DNA of 64,000 nt, from positions 128,053-192,052 of the forward strand of contig JACPGJ010000007.1 of NCBI GenBank assembly GCA_016182555.1, given 5' to 3'. This DNA is from Candidatus Kerfeldbacteria bacterium (GTDB taxonomy: Bacteria; Patescibacteriota; Patescibacteriia; UBA9570; XYC2-FULL-38-9). Of this stretch, positions 55,174 through 64,000 are shown piece after piece; positions within the stretch are counted from its first letter, which is position 1; each line of letters begins with the position of its first letter. The notes beneath the pieces are model-generated. The model was not told the DNA's origin, did not search any database, and was given only the letters and a program-made list of their open reading frames with translations. Made by a program: the position numbers and the translations under genes.

Positions 55174-58100
55174 ATGCCTCCTGCACCAGATCGCACATCG
55201 CGACGTGAATACAAACAATTGATTCATAAAAAAACAGCAGAGCAAGAACGAGCAGCTGTAGGGCAAATGGAAACGATCAGTTTTGAACGCGTTCAGGAAG
55301 CATTATGGCAACTCATTCCAGACAGCGATGATCCTCTCACCGTTGACTGGAAGAATGATTTTATCACTGATCATGCACCTATATGGATACAACGCGCAGA
55401 AGAAGAAGGATTATCAGAACAGATGGTATTGCGTGCGATTGGTGAAGTGAAAAAGCATATCAGCCTACGCGCTCGCACGGAATCGCGGTATGAACACACG
55501 GAAAACCTGCACGATGAATTGCAAGGCGCAGGAAATAGCTGGGTCAAAAAAACACTCATTCAATTAAAATATAAATGCACGGAATCTTTGGCTATTATTG
55601 GCCAAGGACCAGCAAAAACCGAAGCCGCCCGAAAACAACAGATTATTGCAGAAGTGGGCGCCATGCATACTGGTGGGAACGCGTTGCAAGAACTATTGCA
55701 AGGATCATTCGAAAAACAAATCGCCCAAAACCGATTACAGCGTTACGAACTCATTGGTGGCCTTCAATTTACAAAACTCATTGATGAATACCGAGAAGGA
55801 AAAATCACTGATCGGGAATTAACCGATAATGCAGACTATACAAGCGGTCTGGATAGCATTGCCGCATCATTACACATTGATGAACCATTTGAATTGGGTG
55901 AACCACCGGTGGTGATTGAACACCTGACTGAACCCCAAAAAGATGCCATTCGGCGGCACATCCGCTTTGTCCTACGCAGTGAAATTCTTCAACTATCACT
56001 CGTCACCGATAATAGCCGCGTGCACCGCTTAGCCGGATTGGATGATGGCAATCGTGAACAGATTACGCAATTTATTACTGGAATATCTACATCGGGTACC
56101 GCCTGGAACTTTCTTGCGCCGGTGGTTGGGAAAGCGGTCGTTGGTGCAACATTTGGTGCATTTTTAGCCAGTGGTGGCATTGCTCCCGCTCTAGCTGTGG
56201 GTGTGATCGGTGCAACTGCGGGCGCTGTGCGTGGTTCCATACGGCACCGCCAAATTGTTCGCCAACGACGGGTGGATATCGCGCTAGATCGTTTTAGAAA
56301 CAATGATGCTATACGCTCTCCTGAACAATTGATGGGTATCATCACCCAAAATATGGAAATTGCTCAACGTACACTAGACGCAGGCACCCCACCAGCACAA
56401 AATAGTATTACCACTCTCTACGCTTGCATACTCGAAGCGACCACTCGCCTACAATCATCACTCACTTCAGACCAACAATATATCACCATTAATAATGAGA
56501 ATCCCTTCGCCAATCGTGAACAGTTGAATGATACTATTGAAAATGCCCACGCATTGTTGGAACAAATGATTGAAGCGCTTCCGGAAGCACAACAGGCAAA
56601 GATACGCGAAGATTTAGGAAAAATCGCAAAAGATAAAAAGAAAGAATTTGCGGAAAAAAAACAACAACTAGAAACCGTAGTGCGTGGAGATAAAATAGAA
56701 CACGTGATAAATTCTGCAATCACGAGCGGAGCAGCGGCTTCGGTCGCTTCCATTGCAATGCACGTCATCCATGGTATGGATATTAGCCGCGGTCTTGATG
56801 CGCCGGCAGCTGGGTATACACAAAGACCCGATGATGTGATTGATATATTAAGTGACCACTCGGGAATGAGTCGGCATGCGACACTACGCAGTGTTGAAGT
56901 ATTGGAGTTAGTTGGTGGGGTGGTCACCGCAACAACAGGAATAGCTTCTTTCGCAGCTGAACACTGGTATACGGGCCCAACCGGTATTGGTAAACCACGG
57001 TCACATACCGCCATTCGCCCCATGCAAGAAATAATGCTGAAAGGAATACAAGGTGACCCACGCGTACATGAGACATTGGCAAATTTGCATGAAAAAGGGG
57101 CGATACTCCTCGAGCACACCACTGAACTGCATACAGCACTCACCGCACCTGCAGCATCTATGTGGCTGCATGGAGATATCGCCTCTATGGGTCAGATCAA
57201 TTTTCAAGAAGAAGAATGGCGTAACGCTTTAGAGACACTAGATGAAATACTGGTTGCAGCGCAAGCATTACCTACTGAGACACAAATGATACCCGTCACT
57301 GGTGATACGGATCTTTTATCTGTTCATATTGCCCTATTTGAAACCCAAGTCGCCGCAGCGCACAGCCTATTTGCAGAAACGTGTTTAATACGCATTGATA
57401 ACGCGATAAATAATGCAGACAAAGAGATTACTGAAGACATCGCTCGCCCCATACCAACCGATCTAGTGGCATTAAGACAAGAAAAATCATTTTTATATAA
57501 ACGTCTTCAGTTAATTGACCAACTCTATGCTGAACTCAATACTGTAGAAGTACACGTGGCGTACATGCAACCCTCACACAACCTCGAAAATATGCGACAA
57601 CGCATTGGTACCATAGAAATAGCATTAGAGAGCTATATACAGCGTATTGAAGATCAGATTCGTGTACTCGAAATTGCCGATGATCCTCATTTACAAGAGT
57701 TGAATGATCTATTAACAGATTTGACCGACACATATAAACATGCAGAAATAGTGGTGGATGAGACGCTGGTAAAGATACGAAAATATTATGAAAGCATAAC
57801 CGCCATTGTTCCACCCATGTTTGAATTGACATTAACACAATTTCGACAATGGAAGGGAAGAGGCGAAAATGAATTGAATCAATTGCTTGCAACACGGATT
57901 CCGGATCGGAGTGATTATGATATTCGTTTGACTGGTGACGTTACAATTAACGAACGCACACAAGAACTCTTTCAGCTACTCGCATCTGGAGAACAACGAT
58001 TATATGACCTGTATGTAGAGATCATTGATAACCGTGTTGCCGGCTGGACAACAGCAGTAGAAGAAATGCACACAACACATATTCAACCGATCGTTGATGA

Positions 58101-59580
58101 TAAACATCTGACTCCACAAGAACGCACGCAACAATTAACACAACAAAAAAACTTATTAAGCTCTCTACAAACAGGCATTGCTCAGTGGCGCACATTTATA
58201 CAAACGCATCCGGCAACCCAAGGGGCAACAAGCGCTATAGATCGGTATGCCACCGTGGTGCAAGGAGCGATTTATCAAATTGATAGTTTTTGGAGAAATA
58301 ACACAGAACGAGACCAATGGATGGAACGATTACCGGAGCAGCAAACCAAAGATGAAGTGCGCCTGATCATTACAGCGATTGCGGCACTATCATCTATGGA
58401 TGATCCTGCAGCCATTATTGATATCAAAAAATCTATAAAAGCACCGCGTGAACATATACGCGACGAACTACAAAAAATAAAAGCTAATCCTGCGGAGCGA
58501 CTTCTCCAGTATGAACGTTTGGCTGCATACGAAGCAACGAATGTGGCATTGAGCGAAGCCGTTAATGAATTAAACACCAAAATAAAAGATTTGACGTTGG
58601 TGATGATTCAAACCGTAGATCAAGAAATTAATACGCTAGATTTGCAACCGCCAGAGATGACTCCACAAGACATCCCGGCAGAAACGCAACAGCTGACTGA
58701 TAGAAATAGCCCGTTGCGACGACAGATGGAGGCGATTCAAAGATGCGTTGGCGTATTTATGCACCCACCGCAACCCCCTGTAAGTGGGCGCTTTCTCACC
58801 CGAGACCAATTACTCACTCCACATCGTCAACTAGAATTCCGTGTGGCTGGTTTGCAAGAAGGTATCTTCATTTATACAACTCCAGAAGCAACACTAGAAA
58901 CGCAAACAACGGCGATTGAACAACGTTTGGTGCAGGCGCTAGGAAATCAATTTATTGATTTGTTTTATATGGAAATGTGGAATGATGATATTCAAGCGCG
59001 CTATGCTGTCGCTAAAAAATTTGAAGAAGAATATCGTTATGCCGGACAATTACGCTTTGTTTTGAAAACTCCTGCAGATCGCATGACGCAAGTCTTGGGG
59101 TCTGACTCACAACAATACAGTGCACGAATGAAGACACTCGTTGAACGAGCCGTTCAGCGTGATTTCCCAATCTTTCGTGCTGCCGGAGAACCAGACCTCC
59201 CAGAAAAATTACAATATGCGTTGTATGCATTTCGTCATAAAATGCTTGCTCAACTGGAAGAACTAGTCGGAGAAGCCGCTGCGATACAAATCGGATCAGA
59301 ACTCATTGCACAACTAGGCGCGAACATAGAAACCGCTATTGCCAATGCGAATACCGTCATAGAGATATTGGAATACAAAAAAACACAAGCATCTAGCAGG
59401 CAAAAAAATGTACAGCAACAATTGTTACGCATTTATCATTTAGACAATGCCTCACCACAACGCATCGCACAATTTGTTTCTCTAGTGGTCAACTATCAAT
59501 CTAAAATACCAGATCCACAACACGCAGGAAAATTTATTGATAATCAACCGCTATTTGTTTTGTTGAAGCAAGTCAGCTAA
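55174..59580 (+). CDS. large (1468 aa) helical hypothetical protein with a glycine-zipper hydrophobic segment
   Basis: Single long ORF. Gln/Glu/Leu-rich helical composition. Hydrophobic Gly-zipper segment near residues 300-350 (AWNFLAPVVGKAVVGATFGAFLASGGIAPALAVGVIGATAGAVRGS). No recognised catalytic motif. Confidence 0.5.
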   Translation: MPPAPDRTSRREYKQLIHKKTAEQERAAVGQMETISFERVQEALWQLIPDSDDPLTVDWKNDFITDHAPIWIQRAEEEGLSEQMVLRAIGEVKKHISLRARTESRYEHTENLHDELQGAGNSWVKKTLIQLKYKCTESLAIIGQGPAKTEAARKQQIIAEVGAMHTGGNALQELLQGSFEKQIAQNRLQRYELIGGLQFTKLIDEYREGKITDRELTDNADYTSGLDSIAASLHIDEPFELGEPPVVIEHLTEPQKDAIRRHIRFVLRSEILQLSLVTDNSRVHRLAGLDDGNREQITQFITGISTSGTAWNFLAPVVGKAVVGATFGAFLASGGIAPALAVGVIGATAGAVRGSIRHRQIVRQRRVDIALDRFRNNDAIRSPEQLMGIITQNMEIAQRTLDAGTPPAQNSITTLYACILEATTRLQSSLTSDQQYITINNENPFANREQLNDTIENAHALLEQMIEALPEAQQAKIREDLGKIAKDKKKEFAEKKQQLETVVRGDKIEHVINSAITSGAAASVASIAMHVIHGMDISRGLDAPAAGYTQRPDDVIDILSDHSGMSRHATLRSVEVLELVGGVVTATTGIASFAAEHWYTGPTGIGKPRSHTAIRPMQEIMLKGIQGDPRVHETLANLHEKGAILLEHTTELHTALTAPAASMWLHGDIASMGQINFQEEEWRNALETLDEILVAAQALPTETQMIPVTGDTDLLSVHIALFETQVAAAHSLFAETCLIRIDNAINNADKEITEDIARPIPTDLVALRQEKSFLYKRLQLIDQLYAELNTVEVHVAYMQPSHNLENMRQRIGTIEIALESYIQRIEDQIRVLEIADDPHLQELNDLLTDLTDTYKHAEIVVDETLVKIRKYYESITAIVPPMFELTLTQFRQWKGRGENELNQLLATRIPDRSDYDIRLTGDVTINERTQELFQLLASGEQRLYDLYVEIIDNRVAGWTTAVEEMHTTHIQPIVDDKHLTPQERTQQLTQQKNLLSSLQTGIAQWRTFIQTHPATQGATSAIDRYATVVQGAIYQIDSFWRNNTERDQWMERLPEQQTKDEVRLIITAIAALSSMDDPAAIIDIKKSIKAPREHIRDELQKIKANPAERLLQYERLAAYEATNVALSEAVNELNTKIKDLTLVMIQTVDQEINTLDLQPPEMTPQDIPAETQQLTDRNSPLRRQMEAIQRCVGVFMHPPQPPVSGRFLTRDQLLTPHRQLEFRVAGLQEGIFIYTTPEATLETQTTAIEQRLVQALGNQFIDLFYMEMWNDDIQARYAVAKKFEEEYRYAGQLRFVLKTPADRMTQVLGSDSQQYSARMKTLVERAVQRDFPIFRAAGEPDLPEKLQYALYAFRHKMLAQLEELVGEAAAIQIGSELIAQLGANIETAIANANTVIEILEYKKTQASSRQKNVQQQLLRIYHLDNASPQRIAQFVSLVVNYQSKIPDPQHAGKFIDNQPLFVLLKQVS

Positions 59581-60388
59581 TACACCGTAACGCCTCCCAA
59601 TCTTGTATAGATAGGTCTTGTGGGCGAATATCTTCACGGAGACCAATACTGGCAATGAGCGCTTTGGCTTGCACGGCGCTGATGTGCAAACCGGCTTGAA
59701 GATTATTATGCAGCTGTTTCCGCTTCGACGCAAAACAAATTTTCACTAACCGCATCAATGCTTCTGGTTCGGGTGAAAGTGCTTGTGGGCGTATGCGTAT
59801 GCTGATCACCGCGCTTTCCACTTTTGGTGCCGGGTAAAAACTCGTTGGTGGAACAATACGTATAATTTCTGCCGTTGCATACAGCTGCACGGCGTTGGCA
59901 AGTACACTCATTTTCCCGGGTTCAGCAATCATCCGTTCCGCTACCTCTTTTTGAACCATCACCACCATCTGTGACGGTTTGGGTTCATGTTCCAAAAAAT
60001 AACGCATCACCCAAGAAGTAATATTATATGGTAAGTTTGCGACCATTTTGTATTGCCGAGTACGGAGGTGTGCTTCCGCGAGGTGAAATGTACGAATATC
60101 GGCGTTATGTAATTCCACGTTGCCGAAAATTTTGAGTATTTTTTTGAGTGCTGGGATCATATCGCGATCTTGTTCTACGGCGACAACGCGGCCTGCCTGT
60201 TGCGCGAGTTGTTGTGTAAGCACACCTAAGCCCGGTCCAATTTCCAGCACCGTGTCGTCTTTCGTGAGTTGCGCGGCGTTGATGGTATCTTCAATCACCT
60301 GGTCGTCGAGCAAAAAATTTTGTCCTTGCTCGCGCCGTGGCTTGATTCCGTATTTGTTCAATAACGCATGCAACTGGTCTGGTGTCAT
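59573..60388 (-). CDS. rsmA: 16S rRNA (adenine1518/1519-N6)-dimethyltransferase RsmA/KsgA
   Basis: 271 aa. RREQGQNFLLDDQVIEDTI and LEIGPGLGVLTQQL SAM-binding motifs. NLPYNIT motif. Confidence 0.85.
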   Translation of the reverse strand: MTPDQLHALLNKYGIKPRREQGQNFLLDDQVIEDTINAAQLTKDDTVLEIGPGLGVLTQQLAQQAGRVVAVEQDRDMIPALKKILKIFGNVELHNADIRTFHLAEAHLRTRQYKMVANLPYNITSWVMRYFLEHEPKPSQMVVMVQKEVAERMIAEPGKMSVLANAVQLYATAEIIRIVPPTSFYPAPKVESAVISIRIRPQALSPEPEALMRLVKICFASKRKQLHNNLQAGLHISAVQAKALIASIGLREDIRPQDLSIQDWEALRCIS

Positions 60389-61458
60389 ATTTTGGTTGGT
60401 GTTTCAATAGTAATTGATGGATCACGGTCGAGCATTTGCGGTTGTACAAGCATTTCACCGCGTTGAAATTTATAATACGCAGCAAGACCGATCATCGCGG
60501 CGTTATCTGTGGAAAATTTCGGCGCTGGAAAATAGGTTGGCATGTTAAGCTTTTTGGCCTCTGTGCGTAAACGCTTACGCAATGCACTATTTGCACTCAC
60601 TCCTCCGCCAAGCAGAATCATTTTTGGTTTGTGTTGCGCTGCGGCCCGCATCGTTTTGCTCACCAGGACATCCACAACCGCTTCTTGAAACGACGCACAA
60701 TAGTCAGGAATAATTTTTGCGAACTTCTTTGCACCGAGTTCTTTTTTGAGCGTATTTGTGTTGTATAAACACGCAGTTTTCAAGCCAGAAAAACTAAAAT
60801 CGAAATTCGGTTTATCTTTCATTGGCCGTGGTAGTGGATATTTGTGCTTGTCACCACCTTCAGCGAGTTTGGAGATAATGGGACCACCCGGGTAGCCAAG
60901 ATCGAGCATGCGCGACACTTTATCAAACGCTTCTCCAGCCGCGTCATCCAGTGTTTGGCCAAGCAGCTTGTATTCGCCAATCTTTTCTGCCCACACAATT
61001 TCTGTGTGACCACCAGAAACGACAAGTGCTATACACGGAAACTGAGGTTTCGTAATGCCGGAATAACTTTTTCCAGTACGATTTTTCAATAATGCTGACA
61101 GCGTGTGCCCTTCCATGTGGTTCACCGCAATCAAGGGCAATGAAAATTCTTGTGCCAACTCTTTTGCTTTGCGTACACCTACTTCGAGCGCCGGAGCAAG
61201 CCCCGGGCCGTATGTCACCGCAATAGCGTGGACATTCTTCATCTCTTTCACGCCCGACCGTTTCAACGCAACAGCAATACACCCATCAATCATTTTTTCG
61301 TGTTCACGGCGAGCGAGTTGCGGCACGATTCCACCCCATTCTTTGTGCACATCAATTTGCGAAGACACAATATTTGCAAGCACGCGGTTATTTTGCGTCA
61401 CGGCAACAGATGTGTCATCACATGATGTATCAATAGCAAGAATAGTAATCGTTTTCAT
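60385..61458 (-). CDS. tsaD: tRNA N6-adenosine threonylcarbamoyltransferase TsaD (Kae1/Gcp family)
   Basis: ILAIDTSCDDTSVAV N-terminus. HMEGH metal-binding motif (VNHMEGHTLSA). C-terminal GGVSAN motif. Start taken at the internal Met (MKTITILAID) to avoid overlapping the upstream gene. Confidence 0.85.
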   Translation of the reverse strand: MKTITILAIDTSCDDTSVAVTQNNRVLANIVSSQIDVHKEWGGIVPQLARREHEKMIDGCIAVALKRSGVKEMKNVHAIAVTYGPGLAPALEVGVRKAKELAQEFSLPLIAVNHMEGHTLSALLKNRTGKSYSGITKPQFPCIALVVSGGHTEIVWAEKIGEYKLLGQTLDDAAGEAFDKVSRMLDLGYPGGPIISKLAEGGDKHKYPLPRPMKDKPNFDFSFSGLKTACLYNTNTLKKELGAKKFAKIIPDYCASFQEAVVDVLVSKTMRAAAQHKPKMILLGGGVSANSALRKRLRTEAKKLNMPTYFPAPKFSTDNAAMIGLAAYYKFQRGEMLVQPQMLDRDPSITIETPTKI

Positions 61459-61459
61459 A

Positions 61460-62539
61460 TTACTTTTCAATTTCATATTCAAAGTGACGCGTTTGTTCAT
61501 CAGGAGCCGCAATACGAATTTTTATCACCACCGCGCTGCGCAAATATGGTTCAATGTACTCGCTTACTTTATTCGCCCATTCAATCACCACTACATTTGG
61601 CGCGCGGAATATTTCTTTCGGCTGTAGCGCATCTATTTCGCTCGGCGCATACAAACGGTAGGTGTCGATGTGCTGCAAGGTAATCGGTTTGCGGCCAATT
61701 CTACCCTTATACTCACAACAAATGGTAAATGTCGGCGAAACCACCACATCTTTCACACCAAGTTTTTTCGCAAGATATTTAGTGAAATACGTTTTGCCTG
61801 CACCTAAATCGCCTTGCAATAAAAAGACCACGGTTTTCTTTCCCAAACGAGTACCAAGCTTTTCATATAATTGCTCCACAAATTGCTCCGTGTCTTCCAA
61901 AGCATGTGCAATAAACAGTTTTGGATATGGCAAATCTAAACCACCTTCACGCAGAATATGCACGGTATCGAGCGTTGTATCGACAATCGTACTCGGTTTT
62001 CGTTTTGGTAAACGGCCGGCATCGATGATTAACCCGACCATTTTTTTTTGCTTCGTGGACAAATTACTGAAAATATCGTTAATCGTGTACGGTGTTTTTT
62101 TGTAGGAAGCGTTAGCCGATGTTGCCGTAATCGGTTTTTTAAATGCACGCACCAAGTTCAACACAAATGAATGATCAGGAATACGAATGCCTTGTGTGCC
62201 CTGGCTACTCTCCACTCCGCGCGCAAATTTGTGTTTGCTTTTTGAAACCACGGTTATTGGCCCAGGCAAAAAATTGTCATAGATGTTTTTCGCTGTTTTG
62301 TTGATGTGCACGTATTTTGCCGCCATCTTCGCATCAGTCACGGCCACCGATATCGGCTTGTCTTGCCGTTTCGTTTTATATGTAAGCAGTTTGTCGATCG
62401 CCTCTTGGTTCGTGCTATCTGCGCCAATACCATAACAGGTTTCGGTCGGATAAATCACTAACCCACCTTCTTTTAACACCGTTATGGCTTCCGCAATAAC
62501 TTTCTTCTGATTATATTTTGTGAGTTTAACTCGTTGCAT
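61460..62539 (-). CDS. fused TsaC (YrdC/Sua5-like threonylcarbamoyl-AMP synthase) and TsaE (P-loop ATPase YjeE) protein
   Basis: N-terminal YrdC-like part (LVIYPTETCYGIGADSTNQEAIDKLLTYKTKRQDKPISVAV). C-terminal TsaE-like part with Walker A GDLGAGKT (VVFLLQGDLGAGKTYFTKYLA). One continuous ORF. Confidence 0.65.
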   Translation of the reverse strand: MQRVKLTKYNQKKVIAEAITVLKEGGLVIYPTETCYGIGADSTNQEAIDKLLTYKTKRQDKPISVAVTDAKMAAKYVHINKTAKNIYDNFLPGPITVVSKSKHKFARGVESSQGTQGIRIPDHSFVLNLVRAFKKPITATSANASYKKTPYTINDIFSNLSTKQKKMVGLIIDAGRLPKRKPSTIVDTTLDTVHILREGGLDLPYPKLFIAHALEDTEQFVEQLYEKLGTRLGKKTVVFLLQGDLGAGKTYFTKYLAKKLGVKDVVVSPTFTICCEYKGRIGRKPITLQHIDTYRLYAPSEIDALQPKEIFRAPNVVVIEWANKVSEYIEPYLRSAVVIKIRIAAPDEQTRHFEYEIEK

Positions 62540-62546
62540 AAGAATA

Positions 62547-63800
62547 TTAAAACAAATTGCGGTATTCAATACCATTCTCAACTCCCGGCTTATTGGTAAA
62601 ACAATATACCATTTTTTTCTCTACGGTATATTCCTCTGCGAAACTCGCGAAACTTTTTATCGCCCGCATATGTTTTCTCTCTTTTGCTTTCACTTCAATT
62701 AAATCAAAAATATCGTATCTATTGCTCGCCACAAAATCAATCTCTGTTTGGTTTTTTGTACGCCAAAAATATATTTCTTGTTCATATCTATGCTTCAACT
62801 CATTCAACACCATGTTCTCAGCAAGAAAACCATAATCTGCACGCAGATGCACATCATCAAAACTATTCAAAAAATAATTCCGTACACCCATGTCAAAAAA
62901 ATAAACCTTCGGTTGCTTCGTCACCTCTTTACGGACATTCCGGTAGTATGGACGAATGATTTGTAACAGATAAGTCTCCTGCATATAAAACAAGTACTGT
63001 TCCAGTGTTCTCAATTCCACATTTGCCGTATTGCTCATTTCAGACATATTCACTAAATTACCAATCTGTGCAGCCAAAAGTTTCAATACCGTGTTATATT
63101 TTTGCGGCGATTGCACTTTCAAAAAATCAGTAACGTCTTTTTGAAAATAAGATTGAACAATTTCGGCAAGCAACTGTTTTTTCTTTTGAGTATTGTTTGC
63201 TTTGACCACTGCTGGGTATCCACCAAATGTCATATATTCATCAAACATTCTTCTCGTTGGTACAAGGTTTGCAAAACGATATTGCATAAATTCTTGAAAT
63301 GTGAGAGGGAGAATAGTAAATATGCGTTTGCGTCCAGCCAGAGATTCTTTAATCGCACTTTTAATTTCCAGCGCGGAAGAACCGGAAGCAACTATTTTTG
63401 TATTGATCACATTCATTTTCTGCAGGTCATACAGTTGTTTCAAAAATACACCAGGGGTTGGTAATAGCTGTACTTCATCCAGAAAAAAATAAGTCTTCTC
63501 GGTCGATGATAATTCAAATTGCGCAAGAAATTCCACAGCATTTTCTGACTTACGTAACTCTATATAGTCAAAATTGACATACCAAATGTTCTTTGGCGAT
63601 ACACCGCTGTTGATAAGATGCTCTATCTGCAACATCATCAGTGTTGTTTTTCCCACCTGACGAGGCCCAACAAGCAAAGAGATTACCTCATCTTCTAAGG
63701 CATCAATAATTTCAGGTAATTGAATACGTTGAACTACTCTTCCGAGATCAATAGAACCACTAGCTTTCCAAGGATTTATCTTGTCTACAATAGAATCCAT
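62547..63800 (-). CDS. AAA+ family ATPase (AAA_14/DUF4143-type)
   Basis: 417 aa. Walker A LVGPRQVGKTTL. Walker B-like FFLDEVQ. Architecture typical of AAA_14 plus DUF4143 ATP-binding proteins. Confidence 0.55.
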   Translation of the reverse strand: MDSIVDKINPWKASGSIDLGRVVQRIQLPEIIDALEDEVISLLVGPRQVGKTTLMMLQIEHLINSGVSPKNIWYVNFDYIELRKSENAVEFLAQFELSSTEKTYFFLDEVQLLPTPGVFLKQLYDLQKMNVINTKIVASGSSALEIKSAIKESLAGRKRIFTILPLTFQEFMQYRFANLVPTRRMFDEYMTFGGYPAVVKANNTQKKKQLLAEIVQSYFQKDVTDFLKVQSPQKYNTVLKLLAAQIGNLVNMSEMSNTANVELRTLEQYLFYMQETYLLQIIRPYYRNVRKEVTKQPKVYFFDMGVRNYFLNSFDDVHLRADYGFLAENMVLNELKHRYEQEIYFWRTKNQTEIDFVASNRYDIFDLIEVKAKERKHMRAIKSFASFAEEYTVEKKMVYCFTNKPGVENGIEYRNLF

Positions 63801-64000
63801 ATATAAGTACTTTAAAGTTGTATGGTACTACTATTTTAAAGTACTTTAAAATTACAGTCAAGTATTGTGTTGGAATTTTTGCTTACTTTAGCAAAATATT
63901 AAAAACTTTTCTAAAAATATCGAAAACTTGACCTAATTGTATTGTAAATATATACAAATGAAAAATTAGAAATGCTTTTCGCAGCAGTTAGAACTATATT

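Overview
This 64 kb window reads as a gene-dense fragment of a small-genome bacterium. Most of it is on the minus strand, with short or overlapping intergenic spacers. It carries a large type IV secretion-like cluster and a giant 3594-aa extracellular protein. These features are typical of Candidate Phyla Radiation/Patescibacteria-like or other epibiotic Gram-positive-type lineages; that is an inference, not a database result.

Housekeeping genes:
- DNA primase dnaG.
- The lemA-htpX pair.
- A two-ring Clp ATPase.
- comF.
- The recG and radA pair.
- rsmA.
- tsaD.
- A fused tsaC-tsaE gene.
- A SulP/STAS transporter.
- Two GT39/PMT-like membrane glycosyltransferases.

RNA genes:
- tRNA-Arg on the minus strand (about 12613-12689).
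- tRNA-Ser(TGA) at 13440-13530.
- tRNA-Ser(GCT) at 16326-16415.
- No rRNA or CRISPR array was seen.

Accessory content:
1. A MazEF-type toxin-antitoxin pair sits next to tRNA-Ser.
2. A co-directional minus-strand cluster at 23-36.7 kb encodes type IV secretion-like components. These are VirB6/TrbL-like, VirB3-like, an apparently split VirB4, a VirB8-like NTF2 protein, a DsbA-like protein, a TolB-like propeller, and a protein that fuses a VirB2-pilin-like membrane hairpin to an M15 (LAS) peptidase domain.
3. A visibly AT-rich island of about 5 kb (36.7-41.9 kb) encodes a DUF3800 protein, a NYN-domain protein, a secreted Trp/Gly-rich protein, and a tandem array of four paralogous small lysine-tailed membrane proteins plus two further small membrane proteins. 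Three copies of a conserved, roughly 40-nt, palindrome-containing element, all in the same orientation, lie at the left edge of the island, inside it, and about 100 nt beyond the right edge of the AT-rich stretch.
4. A 10.8 kb gene encodes a 3594-aa Cys-rich extracellular protein with a vWA (MIDAS) domain and C-terminal TSP3-like calcium-binding repeats. It is flanked by two smaller Asp/Cys-repeat (MopE/TSP3-like) proteins.
5. A 1468-aa all-helical protein with a glycine-zipper segment follows a small partner ORF.

All functional calls rest on motifs read directly from the translations; no searches were run.
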